Of a stretch of 64,000 bases of DNA, positions 37,601 through 49,600 are shown piece after piece. Where the stretch lies: positions 505,165 to 569,164 of the forward strand of contig NMRA01000056.1 of assembly GCA_002633005.1 (NCBI GenBank). The letters run 5' to 3'. This stretch comes from Phoronis australis (taxonomy: Eukaryota; Animalia; Phoronida). The first letter of the stretch is position 1, and each line of letters opens with the position of its first letter. The notes beneath the pieces are model-generated. The model had not been told where the DNA came from, searched no databases, and saw only the letters and a program-made list of their open reading frames with translations. Made by a program: the position numbers and the translations under genes.

Positions 37601-40600
37601 ACGTCTGCTGTCCACATGTGACATTTCAATGTCTGGTTGAGTTGTGGTTCAGTTCCCACACCAGGGAATGGATTGCTTCCATGTATGAAACATACCTACA
37701 GGATATCAATCTGTGCCGGCTGGGATGGCTCATAGCTTCTCAGAGTGGCCTGTTATTGTCTACATTGTGTACAGATTATTGCCTTTTGCTTAGATTATTG
37801 TATTTAAGCTCACCAGCATGGTAAAAATCCTTTTCTTTGTAATATTAATTGCAGAGATTGACATCCAAAATGATCTGTTTTGCTGAAAAATTACTAATCT
37901 GTGAGTTAAAACTCATTAAATTGTGTTTGAAACTCCACACTTGTAAGTAAGTCACAACAAAATTAAAGCTCGCTACTACAAGTGCTCAGTTTGGGCTGTA
38001 GAGAACAGTCTGAACATTGATGAGAGCAGAGTGAAATTTCCTGAATTTAAATAATTTTTGAAATTTGACGAAATGAAAACTTAATTCGCTATATTACTGT
38101 AGCCTTTGTTAGCGCGGTGCTGGTATGCTGGTATTAAGACACATTTTCGCCTTTAAAATTTTGCTTTTGCGGGAAATTTGACTAGAAGTAGGAATAATGT
38201 CTCCATCTCATACCACCTTGCCTAGTTCTTTGTGTACGTGGTCAACAATGCTTTTTGAATCTGCCATCGGTTTCACGTTACTAGTAATTTACTACGTGTG
38301 GGTACTTTATCATCCTTACAACATGAAATTCGCGTAGAACCGTTATATCGAATTGAAAAATCATCACTCGATGTAAAAAATCAATAAACACCTCTACTTG
38401 CATGGCGCCTGGGGACTTGCTGCATTCATCGGAAAATTGTGATTTTACGAATATAGACATTGCTTCGTCGATTTCCTGTTGCTGGCGGTGTTAACTATCA
38501 ATTGTGCTTTCACGAAATATATAATGCACTTGCCTATTGGCAAAGGTGAATGGGATTTGTACGGTAATCACTTAGCACAGTTCATCATTGGTTATGGTTT
38601 CTGGTTTAATGCTACATTCTTTATGAGATTACTACATTCTAACCTTGTCTAATGAGATTGACGGGCTGATCTGTGGGGCATGTAACTGGATTTGTTGTGT
38701 TTTTTTTTCTGAGATACGAGTTTTCAACAGTCTCGTTGTTGTCCATACAGAGTTGTGTCTAGTGTCTTGGGCCAGTTGGTACTAACGTGTCTCTTGTGAA
38801 ACTAATCAACTACGGGTTCTCTTAAGGTTATGTTGGACCTCAGTCAAATATGTGAAGTAAACGTGAGAAAAGTGAACGTTTTGTGAAAGCAGAAGGCATG
38901 TGTTTTACCAATCCGCCAATGACTGGGACACCTGACAATGTCTTGTTAGTAAAATTTAGGTAAAAAGAAAGGCACATTCATAGCAAAACAATGGTATTAA
39001 TAAGATGACCAAATTTGGTTCGATATTAATGTTCAAGATGAAATCTCAAAAATGATGCAGTTTAATCATTTATAACTTAGTTTTTTCATTTTTTTCGTAA
39101 AAGTCCTCTTTTTGATGACACCTCACCCAACGTGTATCAATTAAAAAACAGTTTTTAACAACCTTTGGAGAATAGTCTGACATTTTTATGCGAAAGTCGT
39201 TAAATATATGTGATGGTATCAAGGAATTTATTAAAAATGCTGGAAAATAACTCTCTGCTTTAGATTTATACACAAATGCAGAATCCTGTCAACCAACTGC
39301 CCTATCAGCATTTAGCGATGAATTCGGGGAAACAGTTTCGCTTTGTTTGTTCACTGCATTCGTTAGGTTTCACAGCTAATTGTCTTTTCTCTCTCCGTTA
39401 TAGCGCGGCTCTGACGAACTGCTTTCTCAGTCTCCCCTGGTGGCCAATGGTAACGGAATGAGCCCACAGATGTCGCCTGGTCTAGAGAGTAATGATGCCA
39501 AAAAGGTATATTCTCCTTTTAATTACAAAGTTTCTAGTACCATTTCCAAACAATGCTTGAAGCTGTAGGTTGACTAGTTTAGCTGGCTAAAACTCGAGCT
39601 CCATCAAGATCTTCCTATCGTAAAATCTGTCGTGTGTTCCACTCTATAATAGGATTCTATTTCTGTTTCCAACGAGAACTTCAAAAACATCAGTGACTTA
39701 AAGACAATCTCGTCGTGGCAAGGAATGTGAAACCAATTTTATGAGAGGGGAAGTGCCCAATTCAATTTTCACGTTTAAGCCAGCTAAATTGGTCAAAATG
39801 CCGCTGTAATAATGCCTCTTTTGGTCTTTTCACTTTCCCCTATGTAAAAACCTCCAGTTTCGTAAACGCATTTTGTGTGTAGTCAGCTGGGACACTCAAC
39901 TGTTCACTGGGACTTGCACATGTTGCAATGTTGGTGATTTTGTTCAAATTTTGAACCAATTCAAGTAATCGCTTGGTTTCCCCGAATGCACTGTGTCTGC
40001 TGTGAAACTCCTTGGCTGTATTTTCAGTGTGTTGTACAGTCTCCATCTGGTTTTCAACTTGGTTTGAATAAAATTGCAGACTTAGTCCAAACGTGGCCTA
40101 ACTACAGTATGTGTTTTTGCAAGGTCTTAGTCCATGTTAAGTTCCTAGCTTGTGTTCACTTCCTCAACATGATGGATTTTCCCTTCAGTGTCTGTTTAAG
40201 GTAATTATCGTCACTCACTAAGCTCCCGTCTTGATTGATAGCTTATGCATTCTCTGGTCATCCTGAAAGTATTACCTGCAGAATCCATTCCCCTGCTCTT
40301 AGACTAATAGTTTTCATGTCCGCCTCATCACCTGGCTGTGTTTTCGTTGACCCATCTCCGCTACCAAGTGTACACCTGAGTAAACCCGGCTTAGGATTAC
40401 CAAGGCTGCCATCTGTCTACGCCTCAGCAGCAATCATGGGGAAATGCACCGTTTCAGGTTTTACAAAAAGAGTAACTTGAGTGTCTGGTTATTATTTAGA
40501 TCTTGAAAACATGACCTGTAACTGTTGCAGTTGTGAAAAGACAAAGTATGCTGGTTATTGGATTTACCCGTTGCGATTGGGCTCTCCGCCTATCTTCTCA

Positions 40601-43600
40601 CTTTTTTTCCCATCCAATTGGTCCTGTAGACTTTACTTTCATTTTTGCTTGTCAGATGCATGCCTGGGGTTCTCGGTTGATTACCTAGTTAGAAGTGCCC
40701 CGTGGTGTACAAACCCAGGTCCATCTGTGTTTCTCATCTGATGGAAAAGTAATTAGCCACACTTAAAAAGTGTTCAGTTCACCTGATGCCACTCGTTAAC
40801 AAAAGCATTTTTACTTGCCATCTAAACGATGATAATTATCCCCCCTGAAGGCGAAGCAGATGTAGTAATGGCAGCAGTGTGTCCACATGTCCGTCCATGC
40901 AGAGAATAAATCTCTTCTGTGCACAATTACTCCGGACATTTTAGAGAGGATTATTGCGTAGCACCACCCATTGTTGGTGTTTTTTTTTTTTTGAATTTTG
41001 ACCAGTTCTTGATTTTCTGATCCGTGTGTGGTCCGTGTGCAACTCCCTCATTTCTAAAAGTTGCTGCATATCGTCGACGTGTTCTTGGATTTTGACCTGT
41101 TCTTGATTGCACACAATCTGGCGAATGCTTTTCTACGTACAACTCTTACAGATTCTTTAAGGTACACACTGCCCCCAGTTGGCTCATAATCGTACTAGCT
41201 GATTGCGTTTTAACTCTTGAACTGTGAAGCGAAACATTGCTCTTAGTCTTCCTGAGACAAGCGTTGCAACGTGGCAAAACTGTTTTCGTGTCATGAGCTT
41301 CCGTTGTGCTAATTGACCTATCGTCAGGACTTTGAGTGACGGCTTAGCTGAGGAATCAGAACGCATCATTCTTGACACACCTTCGTTTCCAAGCCGCCAT
41401 TTTACCAGACAAACAATACGTTGCCGGGTAAAACTTACCGTTTGTTTGTCAACATTACGCAAGGGGGCGGAGCTTGCGATTGGGCAATTCTCAGAAAACT
41501 ATTAATCTCGTGCACATTACATCTGTTTAAGTATGTTACTGTCATTTTCAAAGTGAAAGAGTAAAACAGAAGTATGCTTAGAGTTATACTGAGCTGTGTT
41601 TGTTTCAGAATGTCAAACTTTTAAAATAAGATCAAATAACTAATGAGGCAGTTTACAAAAATAGCACCTATGATCTCCATTCTGGTCGGAGCCAGAGAGG
41701 ACTTAACTTGTTTTATTTCACAACTTTGTTGTTCATGACGCATGGCAAAATTGATCAATACATTCGACACTCGCCATTGAGTGAAATGTGATGCCCCAAG
41801 GTAATAGTCATACTATCCAAGCAGCGCACGCTCAACATAGCTTTAAGCAGTACTGAGTCGTTTGGTGTAGATCATAAAAATCAAAGATTTGTAAACATAT
41901 CTCCTAAAGATTTGTAAACATGCCTTCTGTCTTTCCAAACATTGCTCAAGTTTTCCAAACACGACTGGAGATTTCGAAATATCACCTCCCCGTTTGAAAT
42001 ACATAGGTTAATTCTTTGTACTATTATTGTATTTTCTTATGCTTGTGTTTCAATAAAAAAGTGTACATGCGGTAAGTCTTCACTTACTATGCACACTCGT
42101 CACATTCCGCGCTCCAAAGGAAAAATAATATTTTGTCCCTCGCTTATTTTGCATGAGGCTGCTTGGTGGGAATTTCTTTCCTCACCTGATTAGTCCATCA
42201 GTCAGTCTTGCATTTCGGAAAATATCAAACTAAGCCGTATAGGAAAGTTTTGTCATTCATGGCTTTTGTATTTTTTTTGTCTTCCAGGCAAAGCTGGACC
42301 AGAATTCCATAAACACAGGCCCGTCGAAAGTTGTTCACATACGCAGTGTGCCAATGGACGCTACAGAGGCCGAGGTGGTCCAACTGGGACTGCCGTTTGG
42401 AAAGTGTTGCAATGTCATGCTCATGAAAAAGAAGGGACAGGTAAAAATTCTCTTGACGTGGACTAAAGCAGAAGACCCCACAGTAATAGGTCAAAATACT
42501 ATTTTCTCTTCATGGCATCTAGTTCTACGCATGGCAAAAATTACTGCTAAAGACCGCTGCGGTGTTCTCCACTACTCACAATTAAACTTGATAGGAATTG
42601 TGCAACTTAAAAAATCCATGTTCATGCTGTGGCCGTTTCATATCTTAAGCCTTAGAATCAACCCCATACTAAACTGGTGCAGTCAAAATTTGCCAATTTA
42701 CTTGACAAACGACTAATTTTCCCAAGATTTTAAACTCTTATTGTTTTTTCAAACTCGACGCTGGTGAACCAAATTTGAAGCAGTAAAAATCAAATTGTCG
42801 GCATCATCAACAGTGTTACAAATGAGCCTTTTGAACTGTAATGCTGTTGCTTCCTGCCATGAGTAGTTACAAATGCATACAGAGTTGGTGCTTTTGGTGT
42901 GTAGCGTATCATTGATATGGATTGAAAAACCCTTATACTGGATTAGGAAGCATTGGACATGCAACTCTTTTATGTTTTAAGAGCACAAATGCTATTCCGC
43001 TTAACTTAGTTTGCGATGTCTGGTGAGACTAGACAAAGCGCAATTCTTCCATTACCTAACATTTTGTGATGCTGAACTATTTCGCGTGAATAATTGCAAA
43101 AAAAATATGTATTAGCAATGTCATTTTTACAACATGGTTATTGCAAAGAGTTTCTATGTGAAGTTATGTTGCGTCTTATCAGCAATGCCTATTTACGCTA
43201 ACAAGCCATCTTCAAATGTACGCCCGTGTGCCTATATTCATAAAATTTTCGGAATACTAATGTTACAAAGCAAGCACTCGTCACCACTTGTTTCACGATG
43301 CAGTTGTCGTTTGTAAGCCCCGTTTCCTAAAGTGTGCCGGGCTTACTTTTGGGGTACTAGAAAAGTAAAATAATGCGCCAATTTTCGGGGCTTATTTTTT
43401 TAAATTTCCAGCATGAAAATTCATTCCCAGCACTCCCTAGGAGTGTTGGCGGTTGTTGACCTGTTCAATGAACTGGCAAGCTTCACACAGCCATCCATCC
43501 CCCTGGTCTTCTTGTTTGCACAGTTCTGAAAAGATCTCATTGTGCTCTAGTCCACAGTTTTCTTTACCCAATAGGTTGGCAGTGGTGATTATTCCAGCCA

Positions 43601-46600
43601 CTTATCTACTGTGTTACTGATGTGCAGGCTGGATGTAAGCCAGTGTCACTCAAGTGTGCTGCGTTGCTTGACATGCTGTCAAGCTATGAAAACCGTTGCT
43701 TGACAAACTGTCAAGCTATGGTTTTCAAAAAACATTGTAATGTTCTACCTTCACAGTTGCTTCGAAACCTACGTGTTCTTCAAAAGAATTCGCAATCCCA
43801 AATTAAAAGAAATGTATCGTTAAAAGAGGTCAGTTACAAAAATGCGACTCCGTTGTCTATTAGTGCTTTTGCAAATTTGAACCCTGGATGACTACTCTGT
43901 ACCCTCGTTTCCAAATGACTTGTAATAACTAGGTCAGTAGTTAGCTTACTTTTCACTTCATTTCTCAAATCACACTGTAACTTTTCAGAAAAGATACTTT
44001 GGATAAAAAAGCGATAGTGAAGGCACTAGGTTAGATACCGCTGTGAGGCTTGTCTCAGATATTCACTTTCCTTACCGATCACATCCCGTCTAAGTGCATG
44101 TCAAAGAGACTTCTATAAAATCTATGTGGTAGTTTTGTCGTTATTGAAAATTACCTACCCACTGCTCATTATCAAACTGAGTCAGAACCCCACTCCAAGT
44201 CATCATTGTGTGGGTGAATGATGATTCAGGCATCACTAATTGAAAGCATATAAAATGTACACTGTGTACGGTACACAGTTTCATTCTCATTCTGCCTGTG
44301 TTTCCTGCAGATAAGCCTGCTTGGTTCAGCAGTTTCATTTGGACGCAGCATTGGTCCCATCCTGCACAGTATATTTATGGGTTGTATCTAAACGCTTGCT
44401 ATTGCCTGTGGGATCTCGCCTGGTCTACATGTTTTTATTATCCTCTCGTGCTAAAATGGAACCCTTTAAAAGCAGCTCTCAACAGCTTTTTGGCGGTCAT
44501 TTCACAGAGCATAATGTAACAGAAAGTTTCATGTGAAACGGATCGGCTTTTTCCGAGATATGTGGTTTCAAAATTAACTAGATTAGAGCATTTTTCTCGG
44601 CTCCTTCATATCCTTAGCTAAGTTTCAATACTCATTAAGATGTCTCCAAACTGTTACACATGTGTTGCAATTATCTGCAGAAGTTTACATTACCAATGCT
44701 AGAAATACAAAAATCTAAGAATCCCAAATGCTTTCTGCCACATTATAAAAAAGATAAATCGGGCTCCTGTTCTCTTTGTTTATTGTACGTTTTTGTTGTG
44801 GATGGACCACTTGGCAGCGCCACAAAGCATCCATTATCTGGTAATTGAACATGATTGCTGGTTGGAGGCCTTGTAAAAACACCTCTGTTCTAAGGAGGGG
44901 AAGCATAAATGGGGGGCAACTGGTCTCTCAGCTGGATCAAATTACTGGGGCGATAGTTGGCTTTGCGTGCTTCTCTTGGAATTTATTGATGAATTGCCTG
45001 GTTAGTGGAGATTAACCATGGGCGTTTTTATGGCCAAAGTACGTAAGTGCTTTTTACAATTGAGCACTTTTCGGTAAAAAATGGGTGCAGTAAAATTTTT
45101 AGACGATTGAACTTGATTTTTTGACATGTTGCTGGCTCCATTGGAGGAGCTAAGCAAATCAATTTTAGCAACTTGCCTGGGGGTAAATATATTTGAGCTC
45201 ATTTTGTTTGATCTTGCATCTGTGTGGAAAAGTTTCTAATTTCTGTTTGCTCCTGTTAAATATTAACGATCCATTTGTCTAAATTTCCCTCTTTTCAAAA
45301 CCCTTACCAGGTGGTCAATGGGGTGTTTTTGTTGGCCAGTTAATGCTGTTGCAGGCCATTGTTTGACAGATAAGCACTGGTGCACATGTTGCATGATGGC
45401 CCTTAAAGTCCTGAAGAAACTTACAGTAAATAAGGTCATTTATAGCCAATAAAAGCACATTTTCCCAAACAAATGTCCCAGAATTACAATGTCATATCCA
45501 TAAGTGCGTAATTGTCTTAGCATTAAACACCAAGGTCGCGAGCACAGTTTACTGTGCGCATGAAAATTTGTTTTAACATTCGCTTAAGTACGTCTGTTCA
45601 TTCAATCAAATTCAAGAATTGGCAAGACCCAAGTCATCGTTTTGGAAACGGGATTTTGGTCTCACTTTGGTATTCCACAGCATGTAAAACGCACTGATGT
45701 TTGCAAAAGATGATTTTCAATCATCTGTGTTAATCTCACGTTAACAGGTACTGCGTGTTGTAAAGATACATTTTCATGGTAAAATCTCCAACTTAGTAAT
45801 CCGTAATATGACCAACAGGTGGAGCTTGTGACCAACAGGTGGAACTTTCTTTAACCCATTTTTTTCCATGAAACTTATGCAGTTCCAAATGAAATACTTT
45901 TCCTTGTTCAAGTTTTGTATAATGACTTCGAAAGCTTTGAAAAAGTATGGGCATTCACAACAGTGTTGGAAGCCTTTGTACAATTAATGCTGACGTATCA
46001 TTCTTCGAAAAATTGAGACAGTAAAATCTCACCGATTTAAGACACAATACGGCCGACATTTGAAATTTGAATTTTCTTATTTTTTTCCTGAAAAGACTCA
46101 TCACGTCAACTTAAAGCCGATACATGTTTAATCCCTATACTGTATAGACCACCATCATCTGACAATATTTCAAAAAATGTGAACATTCAAAAATGTTAAA
46201 GTACTTGAAAAATGAGAAAGTGGTAAATTTGACATGTATTTGCTCCGAAATCAGTAAGATTTTACTGTACTATTGTGACATGCAGCCATGGTGACATTCG
46301 AAATATTCAGCGTTTTTTTGAAAAACGCGTCAATGTGGATCAAATGGAGTTATTCTTCCTGATAACATTTTACTGCCTCTAAGCATGTACCCCACTTCAG
46401 AGCATGTACCCCCACTTCAGTTTGATGAGGAAAAGGGAACGAAAACGATCTGTAATTGTATCTCCAGTCTCCTGTGTGTGTTAGCCCATGTTCCTGGTAC
46501 ATTACTAAAATCTCACTAATTTGGGACTTGGTGTGGCTGTGAAGGAAGGTAGTTCTATGATAGCACCAAGTTAATGCTTTTCTGTGTACACGCTCTGCAC

Positions 46601-49600
46601 CATACCTACTATTGGACAATATTTTGAAAAACTGCGCCCATTCTCAACCATGTTTAGAAGTCCTTGAAAAATTAAAAAGGGCAATTTGGCAATTACTTTT
46701 GTCTGAAATTTAGGAGATTCTACTGCTTATCCAGTTATTACCATCGGATGGCCAGTACTTATGTGACAGTAGAATGTCACCAACACTTAAAATGTTGACA
46801 CATAATGACGCCCCCCTCAGTGTGAGTGTGTGGTTGCTATGTATTTACAGTTTAATGTCTACTACACTGTGCTGAGGTGCCTGTAGGGTGTCTGCATTTT
46901 GCTCCAGCCTCCCTGTATGGTATTTGCTTTGGCATGTCAGAGACATCTATTGGCTGTAGTGCTGTAAGGAATTTGTGCTGCGTGGAAAATCAGTGGGTCT
47001 GTGGATGGCATGGGATTCAGTCTCCGTCTTGTTCTTGAATTCACATGGATTTTTTACTTTTAAGATGGAGTTATTGTTATCTACCATGTTTGGACTGGAC
47101 TTGTTGGGTGTGTTACTGGTCTGCAGAGAGATTTTGAATTGAAGCAATTTCGGTTTGATTTTGGATTTGGAGTCTCTGGTGCAATGAACTCCCCATTTTC
47201 AATATTGCCCTAATTTGTTACTCGCGCCTCCTGTCGGCACATTTGCATACTAAATTCATAACCCTCTTGAGGTTTTTTCTTGTAAGTTCACTCATTACCT
47301 TTTGTAACCATGTTTGAAAAGTTCTGAGTCACCTTTGCAAATCCTGAGACATGTTGATGCTTCTGAGCCTTGTTTATAATATTGAGCCATGTTCGAATAC
47401 GGCAATTCTCCACTTATTTACAGATAAAGATATGTAAATACAAATCATATAAACAACAAATAATGAAAGCATGTCTAAATAAGAAACTAAACGTCAAAAA
47501 CACATTACTTTAAAGCCGACAAATACCTAAAATGACTGCATAGTTAAAACGAGTAAAAATCTGCTATTGGTAATAAGAGGTACTAAGTACGGTATGCATC
47601 GTTGGATAATGTGGTTTTTAGTAGAAAGGGTGAATGATTATGATGTGAAAGCACAACTGCACCATATTTGAATTTTGCGCTGGGAGATCCCTGTTCATGT
47701 ATAAGTGATGCGCTCACAACCTGTCTTATCTTGTGTTCTTCCTAACAGGCATTAATGATAGACACGCAGCTATCATATTCCTCGTGTATTCTTCTTAACA
47801 GGCTTTCCTCATGTTCGACACAGTCGCTCAGGCGTCAGCCATGGTAAATTACTACACAGCAGTGACTCCGTTGATTCGCGGCCGACGGATCTACCTCCAG
47901 TACAGCACACATCAAGAGTTGAAGACCGACCAGAACCCGTCGGCACAGGCAGCGCTGCAGGCCGCCACTGTTGTCCAATTACAGACGGCCGACGGGGGCG
48001 AGCAGAAGAAAGTGCTTCACGTGACTGTCACCAATTTGGTGCATCCCATTGTCATAGACACACTCAAACAGGCAAGTTGCAAACGTGTGATTGGCTGTCC
48101 TGTCTTTGGTTTAAAATTACGGGGAAAATTATTCAATTTGGGTCACAATATAATTAGGTTAAATGTGGAATTTCGTTATGTCAAGTTTCTGAGCAAAAAT
48201 AATTATTGAGAAATAGATTTCATTGTTGATAATTGGTTTTACTATGCAGCTATCAGCAAACTGCATTTTTGCACAATTTTGAGCATTTGTTGCAAAGTAA
48301 CGAGCCTTTAAAACAGCAAGCCATTTTAGTAATTTTGTTCCAAATAAACAATTTTTACGCAAGTTGCCTAATTGTTGCCTAAGTACCATTACTAAGTACC
48401 ATTAAATTGGACATTTAAAACTTGATTTTGTGGTGGCCCTCTCTCTGTCTCTCTGTTGTGCTGTTAAATTATGGTTTGTTTTACCTTTTCAGATATTTTC
48501 AAGATATGGCCAGGTTATGAAAATCGTCACATTCTTGAAAAACAGTAAGTATTTTACTGGCACAGTGTTTTGGAGCAACTTTGCCTTTAACACTTTTTCT
48601 ACCACAGCAGAAGAGGACAGTCCAATTCGATGCATTTCTACTGGCCATGATATTTGCTATTAGTAACTGTTTTTGACAACTCCCTGTACGTCATTCCGGT
48701 CATGACTGTATTTGCAATTTTTAATACAATTCTCACAAATATTTTTGTTGAACCCATTTCATAAACTGTAAAAATGTTAGGCAGTTGGACTGATGTTTTT
48801 TGCAGTCCACTAGGTGTGCTTAGACCACAAGTCTACGCCCATTATGCATATCGCCTGATTATGACTCATGGACACCTATCAGCATGGGGTTTCTCATGGG
48901 CGAAGTCTTTCTATGTGTCTGTTCTCAGAAAATTGGAAAGTCTATTGAAGTTAGGATTTGGTGATTTCCTACGAGCAGGTTTATGTGTGTCGAGTAGCTC
49001 TCTACGAAGCCTTTGATTGACAAAGCCACAGTTGGTGCAGTTTGAGCTTGCCGTGTGACCTTGTCAATGGCGAGTTAAGTTGCAGTGTCCAGTACTTACC
49101 TCGATAGTGATCTATACAGAGTAACTCTGTTCTGCAGTCATTTAATTCTCGGACTTATTACGTGGCGCGTTTCCTTTTCAGATGAGTTCCAGGCTCTCAT
49201 ACAGTTCTCTGATGCGATCTCTGCACAGACTGCTAAATCGGTGAGTAGTAGTATGTATTGGTCTGTTGTTAACTATCACTCGGATTCTTTGTAAAAGAAT
49301 TCTCCCTAGCCATCTGAATGGGTCAAGAGACCACGGGTGCAAGTTAAAAATTTTTGCCTGTAGTTTTATAACTTGTGCATTATCACAAGTAATTTTGGCT
49401 CTCTTGAGTCTGTTTTTCATTTTGTGCCGTTGGTAATGAGAGAAGAAGAACAGTCATAAAATTTTTATCTTTTTTTGAACAATTGAGGTTTGCGCTCCAT
49501 TGACTCACGGCAGAAATGCATTTGTGTCTAGAAATCTTCAGTTATGGAGTGGAAACAGTGAATTCTCTCCCCAACCAATCACTTCAGTGGCTGCCACTTT

